Made by a program: the position numbers and the translations under genes
Virus record (IMG/VR): IMGVR_UViG_3300028196_001171
DNA from: an uncultured virus (IMG/VR IMGVR_UViG_3300028196_001171)
Lineage: Duplodnaviria; Heunggongvirae; Uroviricota; Caudoviricetes
Direction: 5' to 3' (one strand)
DNA: 64,000 nt
Notes under the pieces: generated by a model
The model's input: only the letters and a program-made list of their open reading frames with translations
The model's database searches: none
Told to the model about the DNA's origin: nothing
Shown: positions 10,247 through 19,664 of the stretch, one piece after another
Layout: each line of letters begins with the position of its first letter
Numbering within the stretch: position 1 is the stretch's first letter

Positions 10247-10542
10247 CTTTTTATTTTTCTAAGAATATCCATGTATATATTATCTACTTTACTTTTTTTA
10301 ATGAATGCATAAATTTTATTTGTGTCTAATGCGTTTATTTGAAAACTATATTTTATAGCTATGCAAAAATCTACACGGTCTTTAAACATTAAAGCTTTGG
10401 CCATAAGTCTATTAACTACTTCTTTTTCCTGGTAGTCAGTATTATTATACATATGCCAAGCCAATTCTTTATCTTCCTGTAGGCCACTAAACATTTCTTT
10501 ATATTTAAAAAATTCATCAAGTGTTATTATCTTTTTTTTCAT
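10243..10542 (-). CDS. Hypothetical protein sharing a helical motif with 5612..7798
   Basis: LDEFFKYKEMFSGLQEDKELAWHMYNNTDY. Confidence 0.6.
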   Translation of the reverse strand: MKKKIITLDEFFKYKEMFSGLQEDKELAWHMYNNTDYQEKEVVNRLMAKALMFKDRVDFCIAIKYSFQINALDTNKIYAFIKKSKVDNIYMDILRKIKR

Positions 10543-10924
10543 TCTCTATTAATTCAATCCATACACCTGGGTTATTTTTATCATAAGTATATTGTTCAAA
10601 TGCAGGCAGTATAAACTCTGCATTATCATCTTCTATCCAACCATACTTAACCATATCATCTTGCACTGTCTGTGCAGGATTTATATAATCAAACTTATGG
10701 CGGCTGCCTCTAATAAATTCAAAAGATATCTTTACCGGAAGCTTATGCTTCTTGAGCTCTTTCTTAAACTCTTCAGTATACTTAGCATAAATATCTTTTG
10801 TTTCTTTTCTGTAATTCATTACGGCTTTGCTTGCTATAAAGTATTTACCTGTCCAACGTCTACCGTTCTTACTAGAAGGAACGTTTCCTGGTATCCACCA
10901 TTTTTTATTTTGCATAATCTTCAA
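10517..10924 (-). CDS. RusA-like Holliday junction resolvase
   Basis: GNVPSSKN, FDYINPAQTVQDDM, WIEDDN motifs. Confidence 0.75.
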   Translation of the reverse strand: MKIMQNKKWWIPGNVPSSKNGRRWTGKYFIASKAVMNYRKETKDIYAKYTEEFKKELKKHKLPVKISFEFIRGSRHKFDYINPAQTVQDDMVKYGWIEDDNAEFILPAFEQYTYDKNNPGVWIELIENEKKDNNT

Positions 10925-11114
10925 TTATTTCTACATCAGTCCATGCTGCTAAATGTACTACTTCACCATTATCTCTGGTGCAGTAACTATACATTCCATC
11001 TATAGATCTAAAGTTAAGTTCTTCTCCTTCATCAACCGGAGGAGCTCCGGGTGGTACTTTATCTTGAGTAACCACTTTTATTCTACTATTTCTAGGTACG
11101 TTATATAATTCCAT
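10905..11114 (-). CDS. Hypothetical protein
   Basis: 69-aa ORF in the operon. Confidence 0.6.
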   Translation of the reverse strand: MELYNVPRNSRIKVVTQDKVPPGAPPVDEGEELNFRSIDGMYSYCTRDNGEVVHLAAWTDVEIIEDYAK

Positions 11115-11120
11115 TCCATT

Positions 11121-12098
11121 TTATTTATTTAAAGTTTCTTTTAATAAAGGTTTTAGCATTTTATGTACTTTATCAAAGCCATGATTCTTCATAGCATCTG
11201 ATATATCTTTAGACATAGTTAGTACACACCCGTGTATTTTATATGTTTCAGTATATCTCTGTACAGCTTTTACCCCTGCATCATCATTATCAAATAGAGT
11301 TATAATTTTTTTATACTTCTGTTTCAGATTAAATATTATATGAGGTTTAATCATTGTATTTTCTGAATCAGGACATATTACTTCTATATTATAACCCATA
11401 CCTTTAAGACACATAGCATCTTTAAGTGAGCTGCATATTACTAAATAAGGCTGGTTGTATTCTAGTTGATCAATACCTTGTATATAATTCTTAACTTTAT
11501 GAAACTTATGCTTTTTACTATGAGGTTGGTATATTTTATATACTTCACCATTTTTATCAAAGTAACCATAACAGCATTTGCTCCCTACTTGTAGGCTTTT
11601 ATGCAAACCATTATCATCCTTGGCCATATTAAAATAATCAATTGGTTTTACATTATATTTAGTCAACATAGTTTTACCTATTCTAAATGATAACCAATAC
11701 TTTTGATCTTCAATTGTCCAATTTCTATACTTTATATAATCTATTTTCCACTTTGCTTGTGGTTTAAATGATTGATCTATTGATCCGCCTGATTGTATAA
11801 AGTTGTTGTAGTCTTGAATTATTCTTCTGGTAGCTTGCGGATAACCTAAGTTAAATAGTAATCCAACTAAGTCAGCCTTGTTACCACCTTTACCTGTTGA
11901 GAAATCTTTAAATTTATATTGCATAATTGATTTATCAACATATATGCAGAAACTTGGTGTCTTTTCATTAGGATTAAATATAGATCTAATCTTAATGTCT
12001 TGACCCGTAAGTTGCTCAGGTAAATCTAAATAATATTGAAATACCCAATAACTTGGTATTTCTGATTCTTCTAATTTTAAATTTTTAGTGCTGAACAT
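11121..12098 (-). CDS. DNA primase (Toprim)
   Basis: N-terminal EKTPSF...FKDFSTGKGG (degenerate zinc-finger region), SSLKDAM, Toprim LFDNDDAG, KDISD. Confidence 0.85.
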   Translation of the reverse strand: MFSTKNLKLEESEIPSYWVFQYYLDLPEQLTGQDIKIRSIFNPNEKTPSFCIYVDKSIMQYKFKDFSTGKGGNKADLVGLLFNLGYPQATRRIIQDYNNFIQSGGSIDQSFKPQAKWKIDYIKYRNWTIEDQKYWLSFRIGKTMLTKYNVKPIDYFNMAKDDNGLHKSLQVGSKCCYGYFDKNGEVYKIYQPHSKKHKFHKVKNYIQGIDQLEYNQPYLVICSSLKDAMCLKGMGYNIEVICPDSENTMIKPHIIFNLKQKYKKIITLFDNDDAGVKAVQRYTETYKIHGCVLTMSKDISDAMKNHGFDKVHKMLKPLLKETLNK

Positions 12099-12102
12099 AA
12101 AC

Positions 12103-12110
12103 CAAAGATA
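12103..12110 (-). promoter_or_regulatory. Bacteroidetes -7 element immediately before primase
   Basis: TATCTTTG-GTTT-ATG. Confidence 0.5.
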
Positions 12111-12113
12111 TTA

Positions 12114-12150
12114 AAAAGAAATGGGCCCAGCATAACACTGAGCCCAATCT
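12114..12150 (-). terminator. Intrinsic terminator
   Basis: Minus strand TGGGCTCAG-TGTTATG-CTGGGCCCA-TTTCTTTT. Confidence 0.75.
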
Positions 12151-12161
12151 TTAGGTTTATA

Positions 12162-12836
12162 TTATAAATCAAAGTCACTACCTGTTGAAGACACAGGCTC
12201 AAAACTATTTGTTGGTGCTGACTCTTTCTTTACAAAAGGTCTGAAATGATTTGTATTATTTCTATCAAACGTTAGTAAGTTAGAAGACTCTACATCAATT
12301 GATTCCAATGGCATACCATCTCTACTTCTTTTAGGTAAGAATAAGTCATTGTTAACATAACCTTCTTTGTTTTCCCACTCACGTGCACCTAAACAAGCAT
12401 TAATGTAACCAGTTTCTGAACAAATCTTTGCTGCTTTAATCATAAAGTCTTCAATAGTATTTGCCTCAATAGCATCTAACTCAGTTCTTTTACCAACTAC
12501 TTCAGATATAAATACCATAGCTTTTAGAACTTCAGTATCACGACTAATCTCATTACCATTATTTAATGTTGTATCTTTAAATGGATATGGAGAAAATCTT
12601 ACTCTACCTACTTGGCCTGCATAACGTTCTCCATTAGGATTATTCATATCTTTCAAGAAACCATTAAATTCTCCTGTAACTGGCTCTGATTCTACATGCA
12701 ATGTAATATTGTATGCTTCAGAGTCATAAGGTGTTTGATCAAATGTAATTGAGTTAATTTTTACTTTGTGATTTCCTGTTCCAATAACTGGTTTTGTCCC
12801 ACCGCTACCGGCAGACATGTCTTTAGTACTTAACAT
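12162..12836 (-). CDS. Putative single-stranded DNA-binding protein
   Basis: Lies between the Sak4-like ATPase and primase; beta-rich, with acidic/aromatic C-terminus SDFDL. Confidence 0.55.
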   Translation of the reverse strand: MLSTKDMSAGSGGTKPVIGTGNHKVKINSITFDQTPYDSEAYNITLHVESEPVTGEFNGFLKDMNNPNGERYAGQVGRVRFSPYPFKDTTLNNGNEISRDTEVLKAMVFISEVVGKRTELDAIEANTIEDFMIKAAKICSETGYINACLGAREWENKEGYVNNDLFLPKRSRDGMPLESIDVESSNLLTFDRNNTNHFRPFVKKESAPTNSFEPVSSTGSDFDL

Positions 12837-12861
12837 AATTTACTTTTTTATTAATTATTAA

Positions 12862-13545
12862 TTATTGATTATATTTTTCAATACAATCTTTTACAAACTG
12901 CAGGTCATTTGGGATAAACTTATCCTCAAACATACCCATTGGTGATTTACATGTGTTCTCTCCTGAGTTTTGTGTTTCAAAACCATATTCAAGTTCACCA
13001 TCATCATTTTTATTTACTTTACCAAATAATACTATAGAAAATAAACCTTCCAGTGTTAGAGTATTGTCAATCATTTTGCCAATAGTCTTTGCTTTGATTT
13101 TTCTATTACCATTTATATCAGTTGAATCTTCTGAGTGAGTCAAAAAGATTACTGTTAAATCTTCTCTCAAATCTTTAGGTAATTTAGCTACCATAGCTAA
13201 ATTTGCTGCAATCTGGGTAAATTTATCATATCCTTTTTCATTAGCTCTATCAAAATATTCAAATGAACTCATATATTGCCAATCATCTACAACTAAATTA
13301 GTTATATGTGGCATTTTATCATTAACATGTTGTATAGCTTTAACTATACCTGCAGAAGAAGACGCTGAGGTTAAATTTCCATCTTTATTTTCTTTACTGA
13401 TTTGTGTATACTTGCTTTTCCATCCTTGAAATGGAAGTGGTTTATTAGCAATGTTTATAATGAAAGTCTCTTTAGGGTTTAATGTTCTGATTGAGGTAGA
13501 CTTTCCTGTACCTGAATCTGCAATTACCAATACGCTGTTTGCCAT
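12862..13545 (-). CDS. AAA_24/Sak4-like ATPase
   Basis: ADSGTGKST, LVVDDWQY, KTIGKMID, EGLFSIVL, CKSPMGMF. Confidence 0.8.
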   Translation of the reverse strand: MANSVLVIADSGTGKSTSIRTLNPKETFIINIANKPLPFQGWKSKYTQISKENKDGNLTSASSSAGIVKAIQHVNDKMPHITNLVVDDWQYMSSFEYFDRANEKGYDKFTQIAANLAMVAKLPKDLREDLTVIFLTHSEDSTDINGNRKIKAKTIGKMIDNTLTLEGLFSIVLFGKVNKNDDGELEYGFETQNSGENTCKSPMGMFEDKFIPNDLQFVKDCIEKYNQ

Positions 13546-13546
13546 A

Positions 13547-14101
13547 TTACTTGTTTTTGATTATAGTTATTAATTCTTTTAATGTGTTATTTAATTCATC
13601 TAGTTTATTTACTACAGGAATTAGGTCGGGAGTAGTGAAGGAAGGGAGCAGTTCATCTGGATTTGGTAAATCTGGATTAGCAAAGTCTATAATTGCTTTA
13701 CCTCTACTTGTTACATCATTAATAACTTTAAGTTCATTGACAGGTATTATGTGTCTGATAAAACCAGCACTTGATTGTATTAATTCATACTCATCTTTCC
13801 AATGTGGATTATGCTTATGTAGATATAACGTTCTCTTTGGATCCTCTGTATCATAATCTATAGATACAAATTCTGTATAAATATCTTCACCCTTTTCAAA
13901 TTCACTAGGAAAAAAACTAATATGTAAATCATCTTTTCCAGATGGTCTATATGCCATCTTGGGTATATATAGAGAATTAATTATTCCCATTGTTTGGAAG
14001 TAATCCTCATGTTCTTCTCTGAGGGCTGCTACCTTTTGCTTTCTTTCTTGAGGTGTTAATCCCATTCTTTTCTTATTATTTAAGTTTTTAGTATTTATCA
14101 T
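13547..14101 (-). CDS. Hypothetical protein
   Basis: 184-aa ORF coupled to dnaB. Confidence 0.65.
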   Translation of the reverse strand: MINTKNLNNKKRMGLTPQERKQKVAALREEHEDYFQTMGIINSLYIPKMAYRPSGKDDLHISFFPSEFEKGEDIYTEFVSIDYDTEDPKRTLYLHKHNPHWKDEYELIQSSAGFIRHIIPVNELKVINDVTSRGKAIIDFANPDLPNPDELLPSFTTPDLIPVVNKLDELNNTLKELITIIKNK

Positions 14102-15054
14102 CTGCGTTCTTGTTGTCCAGGTGTTTGCATTTCTTCTATTTGCATTTGTTCAAACTTTGCTTTAAAGAATGACATACGTGCATCACCATTTCTGGCTTTT
14201 AGAAAATGTAACACCAATGTTCTATCATTTTCTATTATATATCTATCAGGTCCGTAATATCTGATTTTTTGCTTAGCTGGTCTATTAATACCTATTAACA
14301 TATCTGCATGCTGTAGCATTGCATCTGAGCCAAATATATCTGACTCAAGTATATAATTACCATATTTACCATCTATAGCTCTGTCTGGGTTATCTATGTT
14401 TCTATTTAGCTGTGATAAAGCTATAAATAAACAAGGATAATCTCTTTTACATTGTGTAAAGAACTCACCTAATTCAAATAACATATCTAAACTACTATTC
14501 TGATAGGGTGCTCTCTTTACAAGCATTGTATGATCTAATGTTATGATAGTATTTACACCTTTATGTAAATTCATATACTGATCAATTTGCTCACGCATTT
14601 GATTTACAGTCATAGGTGTACTAATTATATCAACTGGGTGCTTTACTCTTTCTTTAGCATACTGATGACATTTGTTTAATTCATTAGTACCTAATACAGA
14701 TCCTGCACTACATAACTCTTTATATGTTTTACCTGTTATAGAGCTAAATTCTCTAATAGCTGATGTTCTACCAACCATCTCAAATTGAAATTCTAATACC
14801 CTAAATTTATCATTAGGATTTAATGCAAAAGACTCTCTAATAATTTGATCTTTAATCAATGTTTTACCTGAGCCAGGTCTACCACCAATTACAGTCAATG
14901 TATTCCACTCTAATCCATCCGTAGCAGCATCATTAAACTTAGGCCAAGGTGTATATATAGATTTCTCTTCCCCTGTAGATCTCCTGTACATGTACTTAAG
15001 AGCTTCATTAAAGGCTGCATATTGCCCAACCCATGCTTCTGATGTTTTTTTCAT
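14098..15054 (-). CDS. dnaB: DnaB-like replicative helicase (ATPase domain)
   Basis: GGRPGSGKT, FEM, LDH, LSQLNR, LKARNG. Confidence 0.9.
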   Translation of the reverse strand: MKKTSEAWVGQYAAFNEALKYMYRRSTGEEKSIYTPWPKFNDAATDGLEWNTLTVIGGRPGSGKTLIKDQIIRESFALNPNDKFRVLEFQFEMVGRTSAIREFSSITGKTYKELCSAGSVLGTNELNKCHQYAKERVKHPVDIISTPMTVNQMREQIDQYMNLHKGVNTIITLDHTMLVKRAPYQNSSLDMLFELGEFFTQCKRDYPCLFIALSQLNRNIDNPDRAIDGKYGNYILESDIFGSDAMLQHADMLIGINRPAKQKIRYYGPDRYIIENDRTLVLHFLKARNGDARMSFFKAKFEQMQIEEMQTPGQQERR

Positions 15055-15641
15055 ACTACGTTTTCTTTAAAGTGTTCATCTTCTGTGCTTACTCCGTCAA
15101 CTATCATATCACAATAATCAGCCAATCTAGAGTGTTTAACTCTATGCTTATCTTGCTTAGATATAAAATATTGACTTGTTTGCATATATAAGTAGTCTGC
15201 ATCTCTATACTCATTTACATACATCCGGGTTGCTTTTATAATATCATCCCATGTATGGTCATAAGTTTCAAAGAACCATCTGAAGTTTTCTCCTAATGCT
15301 TTAACATTATTTCTTGCAGGATTACCACTTGGTAGTTTCTTAGCAGGAAATATTTCTCTATAAGTATGGATCTTATCATTGAAGTCCTTACCCATGAGTT
15401 GTATATCAGTTTTCTTTTTAGCTTTTATAAAGTAATTATCTAGCTTTACACAAAATGCTTTTGCATCTGGTGTCATTTTATATAGACCATCCTCAAGTGT
15501 GAGCATGTTCATTTTTAATAAATATTCTTTGTCTTCAGATAATGAATTAGGCAATGATACGCCTTGCTTCATCCCAAATAGGATCAACGCTTGGTTTGGA
15601 GTTATCTTCACCTTCATTATCTTCTGAAATAGTTCCCACAT
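15051..15641 (-). CDS. Hypothetical replication-associated protein
   Basis: Directly upstream of dnaB; N-terminal wHTH-like segment. Confidence 0.55.
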   Translation of the reverse strand: MWELFQKIMKVKITPNQALILFGMKQGVSLPNSLSEDKEYLLKMNMLTLEDGLYKMTPDAKAFCVKLDNYFIKAKKKTDIQLMGKDFNDKIHTYREIFPAKKLPSGNPARNNVKALGENFRWFFETYDHTWDDIIKATRMYVNEYRDADYLYMQTSQYFISKQDKHRVKHSRLADYCDMIVDGVSTEDEHFKENVV

Positions 15642-16056
15642 ATTTTTCTAAGTGTTTTATAATGTTATTATGAGCATCCATAACTTTTTTATCATTTGTA
15701 AAATATCCATTCTCAATCATTGTACATGAGTTGATAACGGTTGCATGGTTGCGCTTTAAAAATTTACCTATACTGGTTTTACTATGTCCTTCCTTATGTG
15801 CTAAGTAAGACATCATCTGAACATATACAAGGTAATCTCTGAATCTAGTCCTATGTTGTAGATTTTTAACTCTACTATATTTTGGCTCATTTTCATGTAG
15901 AGCTGCTAATGCACTATCATGAAATATACCCAACGGAATCTTTTTGTTTTTTTCTGAAGGGGTGTAAATATACAATTTTACACCATAAGTTGTGTAAAAA
16001 GATTTTTTAAATTCAGCAATATCTTGCTTCTTGTTAAGTTCCTGGTTATTAGCCAT
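15547..16056 (-). CDS. DnaA C-terminal (domain IV)-like HTH protein
   Basis: VQMMSYLAHKEGHSKTSIGKFLKRNHATVINSC resembles DnaA RQIAMYL...SLPEIG..FGGRDHTTVLHA. Confidence 0.75.
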   Translation of the reverse strand: MANNQELNKKQDIAEFKKSFYTTYGVKLYIYTPSEKNKKIPLGIFHDSALAALHENEPKYSRVKNLQHRTRFRDYLVYVQMMSYLAHKEGHSKTSIGKFLKRNHATVINSCTMIENGYFTNDKKVMDAHNNIIKHLEKYVGTISEDNEGEDNSKPSVDPIWDEARRIIA

Positions 16057-16078
16057 TTATATTAAGATTTAAGGTTAT

Positions 16079-16086
16079 CAAAGATA
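16079..16086 (-). promoter_or_regulatory. Bacteroidetes -7 element (TATCTTTG)
   Basis: Intergenic, 22 nt upstream of the ATG at 16056. Confidence 0.6.
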
Positions 16087-16093
16087 GTAAAAT

Positions 16094-16789
16094 TTACCAT
16101 TCTATACAAGGTATATCTTGCTTTTCTAACTCTTGGTTTACTTTATTAAAGACATCATTACAATCCCATTCACCACCTCTGTATGCTGCTGAAGCTGGAT
16201 GTGTAACTTTATAAATTTTTTGATTATTAAGCATTATTTCCCATGCTTCTGCTTTTTTACCCATAAGTATTACAGGTATATTTTTATTATGTCTATTTAT
16301 ATTTTCAAAAATATATCTTGAAAATGGCTTCCATAAATCATAATGTGAGCCAATAGAGTTTACTTCACATGTAAATGCTGTATTAATTAATAGCACACCC
16401 TGGTTAGACCAACGTTTTAAATCCACATCTCCATCTTCATCTCCAAGCGCCTTAAGTATATATTGTAAAGATTTCTCAGCTTTACCTTTTCTACTACAGC
16501 TAAATGCTATACCGTCAGCCACACCTAATTGAGGGTATGGGTCTTGACCTACTATAATGCATTTAAGATCATCATACTTGCATTCTTTAAAGCCATTAAA
16601 TATATCTTTAAATCTTGGTGTAAATCTTCTTTCTGCATTTACTAAGCTTACAAGCTTTTCAACTATAAGATCAAAGTCAAGACCATTTATAAAAGGAGTA
16701 AGCATAGGTGCCCATCCTGAGTCTTGTAGTTTATCATTTGCTGAATCTCTTAATTCATTTATGTCAATGTTAATTGGTATTTGTTTCAT
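16094..16789 (-). CDS. ung: Uracil-DNA glycosylase (family 1)
   Basis: GQDPYP, GIAFS, QGVLLIN, HPAS. Confidence 0.93.
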   Translation of the reverse strand: MKQIPINIDINELRDSANDKLQDSGWAPMLTPFINGLDFDLIVEKLVSLVNAERRFTPRFKDIFNGFKECKYDDLKCIIVGQDPYPQLGVADGIAFSCSRKGKAEKSLQYILKALGDEDGDVDLKRWSNQGVLLINTAFTCEVNSIGSHYDLWKPFSRYIFENINRHNKNIPVILMGKKAEAWEIMLNNQKIYKVTHPASAAYRGGEWDCNDVFNKVNQELEKQDIPCIEW

Positions 16790-16806
16790 AATTAGTTAAT
16801 TATTTG

Positions 16807-16814
16807 TATCTTTG
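16807..16814 (+). promoter_or_regulatory. Bacteroidetes -7 element (TATCTTTG)
   Basis: 17 nt upstream of the lone plus-strand gene at 16832. Confidence 0.6.
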
Positions 16815-16831
16815 ATTAAAATCTATTTATT

Positions 16832-17248
16832 ATGTCTGAGAAAAAAACTATTATAAGCTACGATGTTACTAAAAACATAGACTGTCAAATAAATCCAGCA
16901 TTTATTAGCGGCTTACAGCAAATATACTATAGATATATTACTGAGTTTTATGATGATGTAGGAAATTTTGCTGAACTTATAAAAGACTTTAACCTATTGG
17001 TTACTAATCCTAAAGAAGCTAAAGCTAAGAATAGAATTTTTACATCTGTTGAGAGTGATATTTATACACTATATTCTCTTATAACATTACTTAAAGGATA
17101 TGCTGTTGAACAAGGTTTAGAGAGAACTGAAGAAACTGCTGTAGATAAAGAAGCATTTAAAACTGCTGCTGATAAAGCTATGAAAGAGAGTAGTAACCCT
17201 ATAGAGATACTAAATAATCTTACTAAAAATTTAGGAGAGCTATCTTAA
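16832..17248 (+). CDS. Hypothetical protein, opposite orientation to its block
   Basis: 138-aa ORF filling the gap, with its own promoter. Confidence 0.75.
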   Translation: MSEKKTIISYDVTKNIDCQINPAFISGLQQIYYRYITEFYDDVGNFAELIKDFNLLVTNPKEAKAKNRIFTSVESDIYTLYSLITLLKGYAVEQGLERTEETAVDKEAFKTAADKAMKESSNPIEILNNLTKNLGELS

Positions 17249-17623
17249 CTGCATCCCATTAAAGTCACCTATCTCAACACAAGCTTGTATTGCTAAATTC
17301 AATTCATCTTTATCACAGTCCCCAAAGGATTTACAATACTCTTGTTTATCTTTTACAAAACATAGCCCTGCGGATCTTTTCACTTGTATTTTGGCTTCTT
17401 CAAAGGTGTAACCAATTTCTTGTGCTATTTCTCTAATCATTGCATGTAGACGTGCTAACTGTGGGTTACTACCCTTATCACCACTTACACCTACAAATAT
17501 TTCTAATTTAGATCCTTCTTCAAGCTGCTCAAAGAATTTTCTATACTTAGTACCCATTGCTTTAATAGGGAAATGTAGTTGACCATCTTTAACTGATGCT
17601 TTTATATATAAATTATCCTTCAT
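17240..17623 (-). CDS. Hypothetical protein (NinB-like features)
   Basis: SNPQLARLHAMIREIAQEIGYT. Confidence 0.55.
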   Translation of the reverse strand: MKDNLYIKASVKDGQLHFPIKAMGTKYRKFFEQLEEGSKLEIFVGVSGDKGSNPQLARLHAMIREIAQEIGYTFEEAKIQVKRSAGLCFVKDKQEYCKSFGDCDKDELNLAIQACVEIGDFNGMQLR

Positions 17624-17769
17624 AAGGATACTATATTATATAATCCAGTAATAGCTACTCCACATAAAAATACTACTACCATATAAAAACAACCTTTATA
17701 CACTTTTTCCATTTTTTCAGGAGATCTTCCTTGATTACTTCTGTACTGTCTAAATTTTTTCTGTTTCAT
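17620..17769 (-). CDS. Small membrane protein (49 aa)
   Basis: Hand translation MKQKKFRQYRSNQGRSPEKMEKVYKGCFYMVVVFLCGVAITGLYNIVSL; ATGA overlap with the next gene. Confidence 0.55.
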   Translation of the reverse strand: MKQKKFRQYRSNQGRSPEKMEKVYKGCFYMVVVFLCGVAITGLYNIVSL

Positions 17770-17888
17770 TTTGATTAATTTTTTTTAATGTTTCTAATAT
17801 TTCAATAGCTACTTCCAAGTTCCTTCTAGAGGAACCTGGTATAGTATCTACATTATCTAATAGATTAATTATATCTTTTATAATTATA

Positions 17889-18134
17889 TCATTCATGACT
17901 TTCAAGTATAATGCTCTCTAGATCTACATCAATAAGTTCTTGTATATCTACGTCAATTTTATTTTTGTTTCTATCTATCAGTAAAGCCCATACATGCTGT
18001 ATTTCTACAGTAGGACCATACCCTGGTGTACCAGGATCTCCATTGGAATCATACCATTGATCAGGTTCACCTGGATCATATATGTATTCTACATCTAATA
18101 AGATATCATTCCACTCATAGTCAAAGCTCAACAT
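17889..18134 (-). CDS. Hypothetical acidic protein
   Basis: Part of ORF 17889..18191; likely starts at MLSFDYEW. Confidence 0.55.
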   Translation of the reverse strand: MLSFDYEWNDILLDVEYIYDPGEPDQWYDSNGDPGTPGYGPTVEIQHVWALLIDRNKNKIDVDIQELIDVDLESIILESHE

Positions 18135-18373
18135 TACAAAAATCTTAGTGCTGAACCTACATAAACAAATTCCTGAGCACACTCTGTGCACTTAGCATTA
18201 GATTCATTTCTGATTAATGCTGGGTCACCACAGTTTGGACATGGAGTTTCATCATTGGTATCTATATATTCTTCAATTGCTTTTCTTGATAGCCCGTGTA
18301 TCATTGCATCATGTGCACCACGGTACTCTAATTCTTCTTGTTGCTCAATAAAGAGCTCTTTCATTCTTCCCAT
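18134..18373 (-). CDS. Zinc-ribbon protein
   Basis: CPNC...CTEC. Confidence 0.65.
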   Translation of the reverse strand: MGRMKELFIEQQEELEYRGAHDAMIHGLSRKAIEEYIDTNDETPCPNCGDPALIRNESNAKCTECAQEFVYVGSALRFL

Positions 18374-18375
18374 AA

Positions 18376-19497
18376 TTAATTTTTTAGTGGATTATAACGT
18401 TTTATTTTACTTGAGTCAAATGAACTAAGAGCTGACTCTACCCATTTCTCATCCTGTGTTCCTTTATAACATAGTATATGGCATACAGCTGTCTCAGATG
18501 GGTTAAGTCTTAATAACCTACCAATTCTTTGTGCTGTTTTCTTTTCATTACCATATGCATGCATAATAATACCTTGTTTTAGTTGAGGTATTGTTACACC
18601 TTCTGATAACTGTAATACACAAGACAACTTATTTATACGCCCATCTGAGAAGTATTCTAAGTTATCTGCTGATTTATTATTACCTGAATGATAGCTATAC
18701 TTACAGACACGGTCTGCTTGATCCTGGGTGTTTGCAAATATTATACATTTATCTTCTATATTATTAACCATAGACTTAACATATGCTTCTTTAGTAGTGT
18801 ATTCCATAAGTGCACGCATCCTCATAATATAGGCCCATTGCTGTTGCTTTGGTGTTTGTGCTTCTGCTACTCTACGTGTAACATAACTATAGTCTTTAAC
18901 TTCACTTGTATGCCAGTAACCACCATTCTTGTTTTTCTTCTTAAGTGATGGTACACCTGATAACTGTAAGTCATGTATAACTATTCTATAATCATTTAAT
19001 ATGTTTGAGTCAGTAGCATCATCAACTTTAAATGTGTATTTTATAGGACAGTACTTTTGTACAAGTTTTCCTTTCTCTGATTGCTTATCTCTTGGTGGTG
19101 TGCCTGTTAAACCTAATATCTTACCTGTGTAAGGGCCCAAAAACAATTCATGAGAGTATTTTAATGAATGACACTCATCTAAATATACTATGTCATAACT
19201 ATTAGGATCTTTCTTTTTAAGAGATATATAAGTTGTAAATGTAATATGCTCAACTAATGAGTATAATCCCATTTTATCTAGTTCATCAAGCCAAGACTGA
19301 GTAACTGAATGTTTTGGTACTACTACCAATACTTGTATAAATTGATTAAAGTTCCTCTGCAGGTGTTGTATAGCAATTCTTGTTTTGCCTACACCCATAG
19401 ATATACCTAAACCACATCTTTTATGTTGTGCTGCAATTGATAGTGCGTCACTCTGTACTACATCTCTGGAAAGATTAGCTGAAGGATTGTATGCCAT
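18376..19497 (-). CDS. Superfamily 2 helicase
   Basis: MGVGKT, DECH, LTGTP, QRIGRLLR; start likely MAYNP at 19497. Confidence 0.9.
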   Translation of the reverse strand: MAYNPSANLSRDVVQSDALSIAAQHKRCGLGISMGVGKTRIAIQHLQRNFNQFIQVLVVVPKHSVTQSWLDELDKMGLYSLVEHITFTTYISLKKKDPNSYDIVYLDECHSLKYSHELFLGPYTGKILGLTGTPPRDKQSEKGKLVQKYCPIKYTFKVDDATDSNILNDYRIVIHDLQLSGVPSLKKKNKNGGYWHTSEVKDYSYVTRRVAEAQTPKQQQWAYIMRMRALMEYTTKEAYVKSMVNNIEDKCIIFANTQDQADRVCKYSYHSGNNKSADNLEYFSDGRINKLSCVLQLSEGVTIPQLKQGIIMHAYGNEKKTAQRIGRLLRLNPSETAVCHILCYKGTQDEKWVESALSSFDSSKIKRYNPLKN

Positions 19498-19590
19498 AAT
19501 ATTATTGTTATTGTTAAGATTATTGTCCAAACTAATGTTTTTATTAGTCTATCTTTTTGATATTGTTTCATTTCTCTTTGGTATTAAAGG

Positions 19591-19664
19591 TGGACCCTAC
19601 AGGACTTGAACCTGTGACCTTCTCATTATGAGTGAGCTGCTCTGACCAACTGAGCTAAGAGTCC
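19591..19664 (-). tRNA. tRNA with CAT anticodon, probably tRNA-Ile2 (lysidine) rather than Met
   Basis: GGACTCTTAGCTCAGTTGGTCAGAGCAGCTCACTCATAATGAGAAGGTCACAGGTTCAAGTCCTGTAGGGTCCA; Ile2-like acceptor stem with C4:G69. Confidence 0.85.

Noticed and set aside
13639..13655. GAAGGGAGCAGTTCA, similar to the early 14-mer motif
   Set aside because: It lies inside a coding sequence and only partly matches, so it was not counted as a motif copy
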